DNA of 62,939 bases, the filler included, from Basidioascus undulatus (lineage: Eukaryota): assembly GCA_000826855.1 (NCBI GenBank). It is 10 parts of 10 records of this genome, joined end to end, with 100 filler letters (N's around TTAATTAATTAA, not from the genome) between each part and the next. Parts side by side here need not be neighbours in the genome. Positions count along the whole stretch, not along the records: positions 24,932 to 27,038 come from JTLS01002936.1; positions 27,139 to 29,244 come from JTLS01002937.1; positions 29,345 to 31,446 come from JTLS01002938.1; positions 31,547 to 54,140 come from JTLS01000294.1; 6 more parts are not named here. One strand, written 5' to 3'. Position 1 is the first letter of the stretch; each line of letters starts with the position of its first letter. Below are positions 25,774 to 39,518 of this stretch, piece by piece. A program made the translations under genes and the position numbers. Under the pieces are notes generated by a model that was not told where the DNA came from, searched no databases, and saw only the letters and a list, made by a program, of their open reading frames with translations.

Positions 25774-27038
25774 TTTGTTCGTCGTCTAAGTCGATAAAGA
25801 GAAAGAGAAGAAAACGAGGCAGCGAGATCTTCCCTGGTGCCAGACTAGTCTCTCGACGCGAGCGTGACTCTAACCGAAACGAGTGATGGATCGTCCTCGG
25901 AGCCGCGCAGTGACTCTTCGCTCGAGGAACACCCGCTACCGTAGGGGATGGTGTATTCTAGGTTGACCGAGGAAGATGCAGAATGAGGAGATGGTTGGCT
26001 GGGAAGAAGACGCAATCTTGCGGTGAGATTGTCTGGTGTCGAGATTTGGAGATGACACACGCGGAATCGCGGAGCAGCACACGGTGATCGCGCGACTCAT
26101 CTCCGTGATTCCTGCGGCCGGGCCGGCAGGCAGTCGCTTTCATTTTGAAGCAAGTTTGATGAAGGGCGAGGACCGCTCGCCTTAGCTTGAGGCTCGCAGT
26201 ACCCAGAGCTCAAAGGTATTCATCCGTAGAATTTCGATAGAAGTAAGAATGATAAGAGGGATGAGATATATTTGAGAGGCGGAGCTCAGCTCGTCGGCTC
26301 GCAGCGGGTGAGAACGAGCGATGCCGACCCCAAGACGACGATCATCTTCATTCTTCTGGCACTCCTCAAGTCAATCCACTCGTTCTCTACTCAAAGGCTC
26401 TACTCTTCTCCATGTTCCACTCATGAGTTTACTTCACAGGCGCCTTCCACCCGCTGCCCCGCCTGCACCCCCGCCGTCTGCTCTCCGCCCTCGCCTTCCG
26501 TCTGGTATTGGTTTCTACAAGCTCTTTTCATTCTATATCAAAATCACAGTTGAGGATTCTGTGCCTATGCAAACTCATCTCCCTAGAGTTGAAAGACAGC
26601 TACTAACGAAAGCGCAACACCCTTCGATCGCGCGTGTGGACCGGCCAGGGGATAATAGTAAATTTTCCCTTCGTGTTCTCCTTTTCATTCAGTCCAGCCA
26701 AATCGATCAGTGTCTAGTAATTGCCATCCACAAGACGATCACGACTGCCAACGCCTTCGATTCCAGCGGTGTCCTTCAAGCCTTACCGTCTGGCCGTAAA
26801 CTACCCATATCCACCTCTACTTCAGGGCAACTGCATACAAACAGCAGGAGAAAGTAATGCTGAGGATATGGAAGGAGGCGGCGAAGCGAGAAGGCACGCA
26901 CACCTCGCGTAATCTATTAAAGCCGAAACACCTCGCCGTATCGCCGACGGTGTGCGCTCACATTTTCCCCCTGGCTCGCGAGCGCACCGTCTTCCCCAGG
27001 ACCACCACCCCATCCTGTAAGCCCCCTACCCCCCCCCC

Positions 27039-27138
27039 NNNNNNNNNNNNNNNNNNNNNNNNNNNNNNNNNNNNNNNNNNNNTTAATTAATTAANNNNNN
27101 NNNNNNNNNNNNNNNNNNNNNNNNNNNNNNNNNNNNNN
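27039..27138. other. Artificial contig linker
   Basis: N44-TTAATTAATTAA-N44. Confidence 0.99.
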
Positions 27139-27200
27139 AAAAAAATTCCGCCAAACAGAACAAGAAGAATCAGCCCTTCACTCAACACAACACGACCCAG

Positions 27201-28273
27201 ACATCCGTCCCCGCGTCTCGCCCCGTCGCATACTCGAACCTTCAGCTCTACCTCGGCGACCACCCCACCACGGACGACCCTGCCACCCCCGTCCCGTCCG
27301 TCCCCTCTCCTCTCCTCTCTCCTCTCCCTTTTCCCTCCCCCTCTCCCTCTTCCTCCAGTCTTCCCTTCGCTCCTCTTCACCGCTCTTCCCCCCTCCCCGA
27401 ACCATCCACTCATCCCGAGACCCTGGGGGCACACAGCACGTTCGCGACCCGGCTGAAGCACAGCACGCCTCGCTGGGTGCACAATCTGCGCCCCGACGGC
27501 ACGCGATACGGCGGCCGCTTCCAGTACCGCCGGTACGCCGCCGCCGTCACGCCGGCCAACAGCGTGTGGGACCTGAGCAAGCCGATCCCGTGGCCGAAGT
27601 ACGAGAAGGACAAGAATGAGGCGAAGAGTGCGTCCCTTTCCCTCTCCTTGCCCCTTCCCTCCCCTCCCCCCGAGCTTGTGGTCGATGGGGATGCTGAACG
27701 GGGCGCCGGGCTGCAGCGACCGACAATGACACGGCAGCGGACGTCGTGAACCGCGTGACGTTCAAGCCGTGGACGGACCCTGTGGAGTACCCGGACTTGG
27801 GGGTGTACCTCTCCGACCCGCAGGAGCACGACCCGATCGAGCGCCTTCTCTGGCGCGAGCTGGCGAACCCGCACGCGAAGCACGTGCACCTGGCGCGGTA
27901 CCTCGAGCGCAAGACCTTGTCGGTCGAGCGCCTGCGCGAGCTCGAGCGCGCCGAGGTCGAGTCCGGTCTGTGGCGGAATCGGGAGGAGGCGCACCGCGAG
28001 GCGCGCCGGCTGTGGGACGAGGAGCGCGCGGTGGACGCGAGCCGGCGGAAGCGGGTCGTGTGGAGGGAGAAGGACGAGGAGGGCAAGTTGTTCTGGAACG
28101 GGAAGGACCAGCGGATGTTGGAGAAGATTCGGAAGAAGGAGGAGGGGAAGAGGAGGAAGAAGGAGAGGATCGAGAAGCGCTTGGAGAGGCTTGTGATTGG
28201 CGAGGGGGGGAAGGTCATCCCGAGGAAGGAGGAGGTGAGGAGCACAGGCTTGGCGAGACTGGAGGACGCTTAG
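27201..28273 (+). CDS. Mitochondrial ribosomal protein uL24m (MrpL40-like), C-terminal part
   Basis: Spliced PVAYSNLQLYLG...TFATRLKHSTPRW...FQYRRYAAA...IPWP...DTAADVVNRVTFKP...RELANPH, then a basic C-terminal tail ending at TAG 28273. Confidence 0.7.
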
Positions 28274-28583
28274 AGGAGAGGGAAGGATGCATGAGATGCA
28301 CTGCACTTCTCGAACGGTGTATGTGTGGACTGATGATTGAGGAAGAGCAGTCGGCCTGGCTGTGTCGCGGACTTCAACCGCCTAGCCAACCTGAACTTCG
28401 TCTAAGCACCAGCGCCTGCGCATCTTGTTCGTGTGAAGCGTTCACTTACAATTCTGAACAACTGCAATGTTTTTGATCTGGAAACGGCAATCATACTTGC
28501 AAGACTGTGCGCATTGCTATGCGAGTTCTTCGTCGGACAAGTGCAGCTCCCGGCCCGGACATCGCGCTCTCGCTCCCCAGCTC

Positions 28584-29244
28584 TCAACCCTCAACGTCCA
28601 TGACCTTCCCCGCCTCCCGCTCGCGCCAATGATCTCCCAAGCGCTCCTCCCCTCGCGGGACCCCTCCCAGCGCCTGCGCGTAGCGATCCAAGGTGCCCGC
28701 ACCCCATCCATCGCCCCATAAATCCATCTCTTCCTCCGAGCCCCAGCGCTGATCGGACGTTGGCTGGCGAGCAGAGGGCGACCTCTCTTCGACCCAGCGG
28801 CTCATCCCCAAGGCGGGGCTGCGCAACCCAGACCCGAAGAATCGGTACACGAGCTTGATGTACGCTGCGCTGGGGGGGCATGTCGAGTGCGTCGTCTTGA
28901 CTTGACGAGTCGGAGAAGATAAGGAGGGGGGAGGTAGCTGATGCGTGAGACGGGGGAGGTAGGATCTTTGAGTATCTGCTTGAGCTGGGGCATGATGATG
29001 AGGAGCTTTCGCGGGTGCGTCCAGAGAGTGTGCTGTGTATCCTCGGCGGTTATGCAAGCGTGAGCTGATGGACGGTGGATGGATGGCAGGACGCGGTGAA
29101 CAACACTCTCCTGCACCTCCTGGCGTACCCCCCTTCACACCCACACCACCCGCGCACCACCACCGGCCCGCCGTCCAGCACGTCCCTCACGTCCCTCCCC
29201 CACTCAGCGTCTCCTCTGTCTCCTCCCTAACCTCGCCTCGTCCC
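28584..29244 (-). CDS. Hypothetical protein, C-terminal part
   Basis: Open frame ending ...WGDGWGAGTLDRYAQALGGVPRGEERLGDHWREREAGKVMDVEG*, convergent with uL24m. No family recognised. Confidence 0.35.
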
Positions 29245-29344
29245 NNNNNNNNNNNNNNNNNNNNNNNNNNNNNNNNNNNNNNNNNNNNTTAATTAATTAA
29301 NNNNNNNNNNNNNNNNNNNNNNNNNNNNNNNNNNNNNNNNNNNN
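29245..29344. other. Artificial contig linker
   Basis: N44-TTAATTAATTAA-N44. Confidence 0.99.
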
Positions 29345-29386
29345 CTATATCGATAAATCATCCTCTCAATCTCCAACATTGTTATC

Positions 29387-29460
29387 GGCCGCTTAACTCA
29401 GTTGGTTAGAGTGTGGAGCTAATAACTCCAAAGTCGCAGGTTCGACCCCTGCAGTGGCCA
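29387..29460 (+). tRNA. tRNA-Ile (anticodon AAT), intronless
   Basis: Cloverleaf: acceptor GGCCGCT/AGTGGCC, D arm ACTC/GAGT, anticodon stem TGGAG/CTCCA with loop CT-AAT-AA, T arm GCAGG-TTCGACC-CCTGC, discriminator A, followed by a T-rich tract. Confidence 0.97.
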
Positions 29461-29844
29461 TTTATTTCGAGTTTTTGTGGGCCTCCATGAGCCCTCAAGC
29501 AAGCATCCATCGGCTCTTTTTGGATGGAAAAGACAGTTGCCCTGCATGGTTAACTTTGAATTATTTGATTGAGATGTGTCTTTGCCGAAACGGTGCCGAT
29601 GCGCAGTCTCTGTCTGACACTGACACAAGCCCGAGGCCACGCTCTCGCCGACTGTCCTCCACTCCTGACGTGTCTCGCGTCTTCTCGCTGCCTTGCTCTT
29701 GCCCCTCCCTCTACTTCAGCAATCCACCTTCGCACCGCCTGGGCTGGCGGACGTTCTATGTCCTTGTCCTCGTCCCCTGACCCCACCTCGCCAATCTCGC
29801 CAATCTCCACCTCCTCCCAGTCCCCCAGCGTCCGCCGCCGCCGC

Positions 29845-31446
29845 ATGTTCAGCTCACGAAAGAGCACCAGCGTAGGTGTTCCACGCTCTGCTTGCCGAAC
29901 GGGGCTTGGCATGCTCATGTGGCGATGATTGGATTGGAATACCAGGACTATCGCCTTGTTGATCCCGAGCGAGGAGGGTCCGGACGGAGATATGGGCCGT
30001 CAGCTGGCGGGTGGAAGAAGTGGGCCATCGGCGGCGTCTTCTTTCTCGGCGCGGTCGTCTTGATAGGCTCACGGGGGCGCCGGTCCGAGTCGAGCGGGGC
30101 TGGTAAGTCTGGATTCCTTGTTTATTGACATACTGGACATGGAATACTCATAGGGTGTGTGGGAGGAACTGCAGTCGGCGAGGCAGATGAGGCGTTCGAC
30201 ACCGACCCGTTCAACCAGGCACTCCCGCCCCGGCCGCTCCCCGTGGACGACTACAACCCCGCGGACGAGCCCTCTGCGCAGCGCCCGTCCTCGCCCGACA
30301 CGAACCCGCTGATCGACGTCGTCCCCGAGAACACGGGCGCGTCGCCCGCGTCCCCCTCGGACTCGACGAACCCCGCCACCTCCTCCTCCTCCTTCCCGGT
30401 CTTCTCAGCCGAGTCCTCCTCCTTCCCCTCCTCCAACCACCCCACCTCCTTCGCCACCGACCCCGACGCATCCTCCACGACGTACTGCACCACCCCCGTC
30501 TCCGCCGACAAGCCCCTCGTCCAGTACGCGATCATGATCGATGCCGGGTCGACCGGCTCGCGCATACACGCGTACAAGTTCAACAACTGCGAGCCGAGCC
30601 CCCAACTCGAGTACGAGACGTTCAAGATGGTCCAGGGCGGGCTGAGCGAGTACGCCGGCGACCCGCAGGGCGCGGCCAAGAGCCTCGACACCCTCCTCGA
30701 CGAGGCCGTCAAGGTCGTGCCTAAGCAGCTGCAGAGCTGTACGCCCATCGCGGTCAAGGCGACCGCGGGCTTGCGGCTGCTGGGCGAGGAGCAGGCGGGG
30801 GAGATCCTGAAGGAGGTTCGGAGGCACATCGAGGAGGACTACCCGTTCCATGTGCCTGAAGGCGAGGACTCGGTTGCTGTCATGCATGGGCGGGACGAGG
30901 GTGGGTCTGCGTTCCTCTTCCCCTCACTTCCCTTCCCAAAGCCCGCCGCTCACTCATCACCCCACCCAATCACAGGCGTCTACGCCTGGATCACCGTCAA
31001 CTATCTCCTGAAGCGGATCGGGTCGTCCGCGCAGTCCACGACGCCCTCCGTAGCCGTGATGGATCTGGGCGGCGCATCGACGCAGATCGTCTTCGAGCCT
31101 TCCCTCCCGCCCTCGCAGCCGCTCGTCGAGGGCGAGCACAAGTACACACTGACGTTCGACAACCGCGACTACACGCTCTACCAGCACTCGTACCTCGGCT
31201 ACGGGCTCATGCAGGCCCGCCGCTCCGTAAACAACCTCGTCGCGTTCATGTGGCAGTTCGGGAACCGCGCGGCGCCCGCGTGGGACGACTGGTCGGACGC
31301 GACGATGATACCGAACCCGTGCATCCCTTCGGGCATGGAGAAGACCGTCGAGCTCGACCCCCCGGGCAAGAACAAGGTCAACGCGAGCATGACTGGGTCC
31401 GCTACCGGCTGGGAGGCCTGCAACCGCGTCGTCGAGCTCGTCATGG
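29845..31446 (+). CDS. GDA1: Golgi guanosine diphosphatase, GDA1/CD39 NTPDase family (3' end cut by contig end)
   Basis: N-terminal TM ([16 protein letters not shown]). Apyrase conserved regions [47 protein letters not shown] and [15 protein letters not shown]. Confidence 0.95.
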
Positions 31447-31546
31447 NNNNNNNNNNNNNNNNNNNNNNNNNNNNNNNNNNNNNNNNNNNNTTAATTAATT
31501 AANNNNNNNNNNNNNNNNNNNNNNNNNNNNNNNNNNNNNNNNNNNN
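31447..31546. other. Artificial contig linker
   Basis: N44-TTAATTAATTAA-N44. Confidence 0.99.
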
Positions 31547-32165
31547 TCGCGACCCAGTCCTTCCTCGTCCACTTCCTCCCTCCCTGGCATCCCCGCCCCG
31601 CGCAAGCGTGTGCACGCCGCCCTCAAGGCACACCTCGCCTCCTCATCCTTCCCGTCCAACCTCTCCGGCGCCAGCGCCGGGACGAAGCGCCGGCGTCTTG
31701 CTGAGCCTCTCGGACAGGAAAAGGCGCGCGAGAGCAAGCCTGTTGTGAATGCTGCAGAGTGGAACAGCCTCCTTATTTGGGCGAGGAGGGAGCGCGGACC
31801 GCAGTGGGATGTGGGGACGCAGATGTGCGTCAACCTCCCTTCCCCTCACCTTCTATCTACTTTCTGGCTGATCATTATGCCGACACCCCCAAAGGTATAT
31901 GGTCGACCGCGCCTCCCACCTCTATTACACAGCCTGCGCGGACCCCACGCTCGGCGCAGCAGCAGCAGCGATGTCAGCTGCTGCTACAGCTGCCGAGGAA
32001 GGCAGCGCGGAGGGGACGACCCCGGCATGGAGCGCGGGCGCGGAGCTCGTGATGAGCCCGCCCAGTGGGAGGGGCGCGAGGAGGTGCGTCGCTGTGCGAG
32101 GAGGAGGAGAGGGGAGAGGAAGGGGGGGGACGCTGACTCGGATGGGGAGGGAGGTCAGGCGATGA
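31547..32165 (+). CDS. Hypothetical protein, C-terminal part
   Basis: GC3-rich exons giving VVNAAEWNSLLIWARRERGPQWDVGTQM-YMVDRASHLYYTAC with GTGCGT donors; probable stop at 32163-32165. Confidence 0.55.
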
Positions 32166-33121
32166 GCTGTGTGGGGGTGGGACTTGGGAGATGCTGATGG
32201 ACAGCGCTGTTGTATTGTTGGTTTTCTATATCACCCATACCTGCTCTTCTTTTCACACCCGCTTGCGGTCCATCGACGCGCTTCCGCCAGGGCTCTGACT
32301 TCATGGCTGACCACTGAAGCCGCACAATCTGGCCCTATCGCCGTGCTCATGCCCCAAGGCCCACCGTCGGTGCCGAGCGCACTCCTCGACACGACCCCCC
32401 CACATATTCATCGCCCACCCTCTTCGCGTGGCTCTGACCTTTCCGCACACGCCCGCCAGAGCGCTCGCTACCGCAGCCAGTCTCTCGTCTCCCCGCTCCT
32501 CAACAGCTGTCCCCTCTCTCCACCCACGCTTTCTTCGAACCGCTCATTTCAGTACCATCCGCTTCCGCGGCCCGGTTCCCCGCCTGTATCGAGCGTTCCT
32601 GCTCCAACCGACCATCGTCTTCCCCGCTGCTGCTGGCTGGCATCTGTCCCAGCAAGCGCGACGGGGAATCGCGCGTCCCTGAGCAGGCTATTTCACCGCG
32701 TGTCAAGTTTGGAACGTCTTGGTGCTCGTCTCGTCTCGCCGCGCCGCGTCCAGGTTCCTGGTCGTGCAGGGCTCGCACTGTGATTGCAGTCCTTGCATAG
32801 ACCGCACTCGGTCCTGCTCATGCCCTCCGCTGAGATCACCGTCTGCCTATCTAGCGCTCAACCATTCTTACTCTCGTCTTTCATGCTTTTCGATCCGGCA
32901 TGCCTCCCACTCAGCAAAGGCACGAACGACTGAACACCAATGATGTCGGCTATGCACGCGTTGGGCGAACGGGGACAGACTGCGCCGTCGGGTTCGCATC
33001 GACTGAGCGACGGTGGGCGAGGAATTGTTGTAGGGCAAACTGCAGGTCCACCGAGCGTTGCAACTACTGAACTATTAATGTAGTACGATCCGCTCCATCC
33101 TCTAACACGAGCCCCCAGCCT

Positions 33122-33635
33122 CTAGTACGAGTTCCCAATGATCGAGTCGATCCCGTCCTTGCGGAAGTCGTCCTTGATGACGGTCGTGGTCCCCGCCTCC
33201 CAGCGGATGACGTTGCCCTCAGCGCCGTAGGCGGGCAAGTTCAAGTCTTCAAGCACCGCGATCACCCCAGATCAGTATCCGTTCTTTGAGGAAAGACTGG
33301 GACGGGAAAGGGGAAGAGACGTACCGCTCCCGTGCGCCGGTCCCGGTGCCCTGCAAAGCGGATCCACGCGTCCGTCATCGAGTGCGCGAGGTCGGTGATC
33401 GCTGAGTCACTCGAGTGGGCGTTGGAGAAGAGAAAGTGGATTTCCTGAGCCCCCCTTTCCTCAGAAACCCGAAAATATCATCCAGAGCGCCTGGGTATGG
33501 AGTAGGTTTACCTTCGTGTGCTGCACACCGAAGAAAGTCCCGTCGGGGTAGTTCTCAGCGAAGAGGTAGGCGTAGGTGTTGGACTGTGGGGAGGGACGTG
33601 GTTAATAGAGGTGGACTAGGGCAGAGGGAGTGGTG

Positions 33636-33671
<36 letters not shown>

Positions 33672-36108
33672 AGGTGACGCACGACGCCGTGGGCGACTTT
33701 TTGTTGGGTGAGATGCCGGCGGGCGCGGTGAAGCGGTGTCGCCGACACTGGCGAGGCGCACCATACACCGTCGGTAAAAGGAAATTGGAGAAGCTAGGAA
33801 GTCTCTACAAACTTACACCGCCGCAGCGCGCTGTAATCCCGCAGTACAGCATTGTGGAACGCACCTTGAACTGCGCCCCCATGCCCCACGTCTGGTTACC
33901 CGTTCCGAACGGGCTACCCTCGGCCGGGTCGGCCGGGTAGTACTGGAGGTAGGTTGACAAGGGTAGTTGACGGGGAGGTTGGGCACCCCCGAAGGGAGGA
34001 ACGCCACGACGTCCTCGTCGGTGCTGAATTGCGCGCACGCGAGGCCGAAGAGGGTACCTGGTGAACCAATCCCCCCTCAATCAGCCTTCTGCGACTTGGC
34101 AGAAGAGGAAAGGAGGACGGCACCCTCGTCCAAGCTGGCTGGGGCAGTCTTTCGTCAGCCTCGGTATTAGGAGGTTGCGAGGGATGAAAGACACGCACTC
34201 CCAGCAAGAACAGGAACCTCTGCTGCGAGATTGGCCGGGTTGTCGACGAGGACCTTGAAGTCGACATTGGGGCCCCACTTACCCCCGTCAGCCTCATCGG
34301 AATAGCTGTGAGCGCGTGAAGTTGCTGAGCAACGCGTCCTCAGTATCAAGCCGCCGAGTGCACGCACAAGGACTTCACGACCCGAACAGGCTGTCCTCGT
34401 CCAGCCCGCGCATGCACGACAGCGTCTCGGACCCGGTGCAGCGGGCGGCTGTGTACAAGCGTTGGGTGCGGTTCTGGGTCTGCATTATGGAGAACCAGCC
34501 TCGTCAGTCGGTGTACGCGAAACGAGTGGGTATGTTGACGAACAGTCACGGGCCCGCCGAACAGGGAGCCAGACTCCTGGATAGCACCCTAGAATTGCCT
34601 GTTGAGGTTCCCGCCCTTGGTGACTTGGTGCAGAGAGATGGACATCTGGTAGTAAACAGGGTGAGCGACTTTCCGGGAAGTTCGCAGCAGAGGAATGACG
34701 TGCAGTTCCGGTACTCTCGCCCTGCACCGTCACGCGGCGAGGGTCGCCGCCGAACTTGACAATGTTGTCCTGGATCCACTGGAGAGCGACTGGTAAAGAG
34801 AAGGGATATCTGAGTTAACGTGCGACGCCGCTTGGATGCTGGGACGACCTACGGCGCTGGTCAAGGATGCCCGCATTCGAGGCACCCGCGTCCGTCGCTG
34901 TGCGGAAACCAGTTAGCCGTTTCCAGCGAACAAACTTGAGCGGATACTCACCGTCCGGACCGGCAAGGAAACCATAGGGTCCGAGACGGTCTGAAGATGA
35001 AACATCAGCCAGGAAGTCGAGGATTCGGCTTGGGAGAGGTTCGCACAGTTGAAGGAAACGTGAATGATGGCTTCAAGAACGAACGTAAGCATTTTTAGCC
35101 CCGTGCAAAGCAACAGGAACGACATACGCTCGCCCTGGAATAGAAGTGTATATTGGTCAGAAGCCATTAAGTAGACTATGACGATTGAAGCTCACGATTG
35201 CAACGCTCCTGGCAAGGAGGTTCGAGGGCTCGTACTGAGGGTTGTAGCTAGCACCTTCCATATAGCCCCCGCCGTGACTGGGTAGGTTGTCTTAGCTCGG
35301 GGGAAATTAGACCCGAGGGAAAGGAGAAGCTCACATCCAAACGAGCACAGGATAGGTCTTCCACAACGGGAGGCCAGCGGGGCGGTAGACGTTGAGAGTG
35401 AGGCAATCCTCCTTGCTGTCACTGACCGGTGATGTGTAGCCAGTCTGTGCAACACAAGTTTAGCATCCGAGAGTCTCACACTTTTCAACGGTTTTGTTCA
35501 CTGGAGGCGGCTGCTTGCAAGCGTTCCCGAACTTCGTTGCATCCACGACATCGACAAGCCACCCGCTGGGCTCCCAAGCAACAGGAGCGCAGAAGCCCAA
35601 GAAAAGAGTCAGTCCGCTGGACGCTTTCTAGAAGAGTTCATGAGAATGCTGTGACCACGATTACCGCAGGTCGTCGACCGGAGGCTTTGCGTAGGGAATG
35701 CCTATGAGTGGGGTGTCAGCAAAACTGTATGCCGCAACGTGGACGGAATGGGCTACCTTTGAAGCTCAAGTAATCACCCGACTGGTTGTACGAGCCTGAG
35801 ACAGGAAGGTGGGGGAGTGAGTGACAGGCATCTGCGCTCCAAGAGACTGCTTACCCAGGTAGGTCACGATGGGCAAGAGAGAGCGGCTTTGAACACTGGC
35901 TACGGATGAGTTCGGCACGGTGTAGGACATCGTCAAGTTGACGACGCCCTGAATACCCCTCTTGGTCAGGCTCTCCTGCAGGCACAGGCCGGTGAGAAGG
36001 ACTTACGGTGCTCTCATCGACATTGAGCTCTGCCACGGAGTCGTCTCGCTTGAAGTGCGGAGCCGCCAAGCCCAAAGGAGCGAAAATTAGGGCCGTAATT
36101 GGGGCCAT
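33122..36108 (-). pseudogene. Secreted type-B carboxylesterase/lipase (alpha/beta hydrolase), many exons, disrupted
   Basis: Signal-like start at ATG 36108; GIPYAKPPV.DLR, EDCLTLNVYRP, PVLVWI-HGGG, LQWIQDNIVKFGGDPRRVTVQGESTG, YPADPAEGSPFGTG and DDFRKDGI. Lesions: in-frame TAG at 34591-34589 (F*GAIQESGS) and a frameshift near 33960-33975. Confidence 0.85.
33639..33668 (+). repeat. (AG)15 microsatellite in a carboxylesterase intron
   Basis: Direct reading of the sequence. Confidence 0.95.
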
Positions 36109-36813
36109 GCATTTTGTAAAAGTGGCCGGTTGAGTATGAAAAGGGGGATATTAGTGTGGTGATAGGGGAAGGGGTGAGATACGAAACGATTGAGGGAGTG
36201 CAAGAGGGATGCTGTCGAATGTGGCCTTGTGAAACCCTGGTGGAACCAGGAATCCACGGGACAGACTTTTCCGTTCCTAAAGCTTATCATTCCGTTCCCA
36301 TTATAGTACTCGGCTTCATGGCCGGGAAGGGGGAGCAGGGTGACAGCTTCGCTGAGCTTCTATTCACCGAGGGCATCAGCACTTGGCTCACCTCCTGCGC
36401 GCTGCAATTCATGTGGAAATCGCGGCCGTCCTCAGAACATCTGTTGTGAATACTCAAGGTTCAAATCTTTTTCCAACATAAGATCCGTGTACTCTGTAAC
36501 GGAGGCGATCATCGAAGATGTACGGAGCAGGCAAAATTGATGCTCCCCCCGCTGAGCTCCTGAGACTCGGGAGTATGTCCTCAGGCAATTTTCATGATGA
36601 GGGATGGCAGCAGTCGCGGACACGGGTTGTACCTGACTCTCGCGTGCTTTCGTGTACCTGAGCGGGTTCCTGCGGAGGTGACAACTTGAAGGAGAGAGGC
36701 ATACATGAAGGATATGAGGGTCTCCGTTATTAAAACCTGCACATAACTGCCCATACACTCCGGCTGACTCTTGGCACCCATCGTATCAGCGGCTGGTTGG
36801 CCCGACTAAGGCG

Positions 36814-38520
36814 ATGGCTCTACCTTATTGCGACTTCTTTGGGGACATGGACCGACTTTCGTTCAGGCACCTGAAGTCCCCCCTGCTTCCTACTTCCACC
36901 TTGCCACTTGATCGACAATGGCCGCGTCCGACGCTATCCAAGGCACAACCCATGGGTTGTCCGACCTTTCATATGGGAGCGTGAGCAGAGTTCCAGTTTG
37001 TTATTGTATTCCACTAACCTCTTCGCCGGACGCAGTGCTGCTCACCGCCAAGTTCGACTGGTAAGTCCTCACCGGGAAGCGAGACAGAAAGCTACCCATG
37101 GTATTCTACTTCATTTCCCGGGTAACCATGCTCGGCTCCTTCATCCTGGAGTGAGCAATGAAGTCTTTACAGAGCTTATACCCAGGTTAAAGTCTCGTTT
37201 GCAGTGTTCCGGGAAGCTCGGCTTGGAAGTGGGCGTCGACGGCCGCTTGCGAAGCGAGCACACGGGCTGTACATGTGGGTAATCTTCCCCCACTTTGGTG
37301 CGTTGCGGAAACTGGAAGGAACATAGATGTTGTACGGAATTGCCGTGGTGACATCCAACGCTCTCTTGGAAATACGGACCATAGCCATGTGAGAGTTTAA
37401 TGGTTTGCAATTGGCCGACGATGCAGACTTACTCTATGTGGGATCCAGGTGGAAGAAGAGCCTGCACATCTCTGTGCTGCTTGGAGTAGGAGTCGTCGGG
37501 TTTCTGGCCGGTACGTGCTTAACAGCTGCGAAACGCGAAGCGTCGCTCATCATGCCCAGCTTCGCAGTGTTGATTGCTTGTGAGTCGGCGCACAATGAAC
37601 CTTTTCCATCTATATTCCTTCAGAATGACAGTCTTCACAGCGCTGTGAGGTATGGAGAACCCCTATATCGATACTCCAGGCTTCGCGGGGTGCGGCGTCG
37701 TCATCAAGTCGCAGGCGCTGCTGTCCAGCACGAACATTTACGATGCGTGAATAGTTTGTATGCCACATTTGCTTCGAAAAAACCTGATGGAGCGGTTGTG
37801 CTTGCTGGACATAGCGCTGTTTTGGATTCCCTTATTTTCATCCTCGCACTCGTCAATCTCGTGCACTTGCGCAAAAACTTTTCCGGTTTGGTAAGCGTCA
37901 TCCGGTACTGGAATACTTTCTTCATTCGGTTCTGTTGGCCAGTGGTCTGATATTGCTACTCCGTGAAGGGTCTATTCCGCATCCTTGTTCGGGCTACTCT
38001 ACTCTCACAATGACACCAAGCGGTCGCTCATAATGAGAATTGGAGGTGGTTTCATATAGAAGGAACTATAATGCTATGGCAATTTGCTCGGTATGTCTCG
38101 TTGGTACGACCCGCTGCGCACGCCCTCTTAATGTCGCACCCTCTTCCAAGGCGTTGGTGCCCGTTGTCTCTATGGTAGTCAGCACGCAAGCCTTCATTCA
38201 CCTTCACAACTTCGGAGCCTTGTGAGTCTTTGTTCCATTTCTCCTGGTTGGGAAACTCCCGAGCCGCTTACCGCAGTATTGGGATGTCTTTTCACTCAGC
38301 AACGAGCACAGCTCGCGCGAACACAGCAACTCTCGAGCGCGCTCGCGTTCTCTCGCGGTCAACCCCGGAGGTAACACGTGAGATGAGCCCAGCAATTGAA
38401 TACACCCTTCATTTTTTGCCTGCGAGCTAACCGGTTGGGCCGTAGCACCCGTCGTGGCGTTTTCACCCAGACCCAGTCTCAGCGCAACCTCGAGGGCGGG
38501 ATCCAAGTGGACGACGTCGT
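36814..38520 (+). CDS. Multi-exon multi-TM membrane protein (DUF6533-like basidiomycete family), possibly decayed
   Basis: Short hydrophobic exons with splice signals: MLYGIAVVTSNALLEIRTIAM|WKKSLHISVLLGVGVVGFLA, AVLDSLIFILALVNLVHLRK and ALVPVVSMVVSTQAFIHLH. Confidence 0.4.
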
Positions 38521-39518
38521 AGAGATAGCTTTTCGACGGACTCGGACCCGGAGTACGTCATGTCCATACTGGTAAAAGACTTTACGCAATATACCAAATC
38601 AATAATGACAACAACAGAGACGGAACGGCGTCGTTTACACACGATGATCGATCTCAGAGGAGCCTTGTTTGGCGGACCCGGGGCCCCCTCTCTTTTCTTT
38701 GCCTGGCCTTTCTTGGGATATTGTGTCTAGTATCATTCTAAATTCCTATCAATACCTTAGAAATTAAACTTAGTGCAGAAGTACTACAACCAAGCGTGCC
38801 GCGGCGACCAACGAAAGTGCGAACAGCGCACCTTGGTTTAGACGGCAAGACAGAACGCTTCTGGCATGTACGCCTTCTCAATGGTGATATCTGATATATG
38901 CTGGAATGCCAACTGTACAACGCAGCTCAGTTCCGAAACTGCCACTTGGGAAGAATTCTAATATTTTGCTTTCCATTCAGACGGGCAATCATCAGGACTT
39001 GCGTGCTCCGAGCAGATGCAATCCAAGATCCTGCCATATGCGGGTTATGGGGCACTGCCTGTCTTCTTGTCACGTTCGGCAGTTTCTCCCACCGTCCGGG
39101 GGCTTGACCAGGGGCTTTGATGTCCGGGAAGACATAACGGTATTCATGTACAGCAGAACGTGCGGAGCGGCCCTATCAAGGCCCGTCGACCCGTGGGCGG
39201 AGCAACGGTCATGGTAGCAACATCAGGCACATATGGACCGCGCCAATTCATCGTCACATTTGCACTTGAAACGAGCACACCAAGACAGCAGTAGGCTGCA
39301 GCAAAACATCACATGGTGCATAAATTATTGTTTCACAAGATCTAAGTGGGAGGGCCTTTGGAAAGGTGTGGTATTACAGTTTGCTTGCGCACGGCAATGC
39401 GGCGAGTTTGGCAGCCGGCTGCGTTCCGTTCGTGCGGTCACTCTTCCACACAATCCTCACATAAGCCAGCCTCTGGAGATCGAACTGGAAGCCCTCTACC
39501 CACATCATGTCCTCGTAA

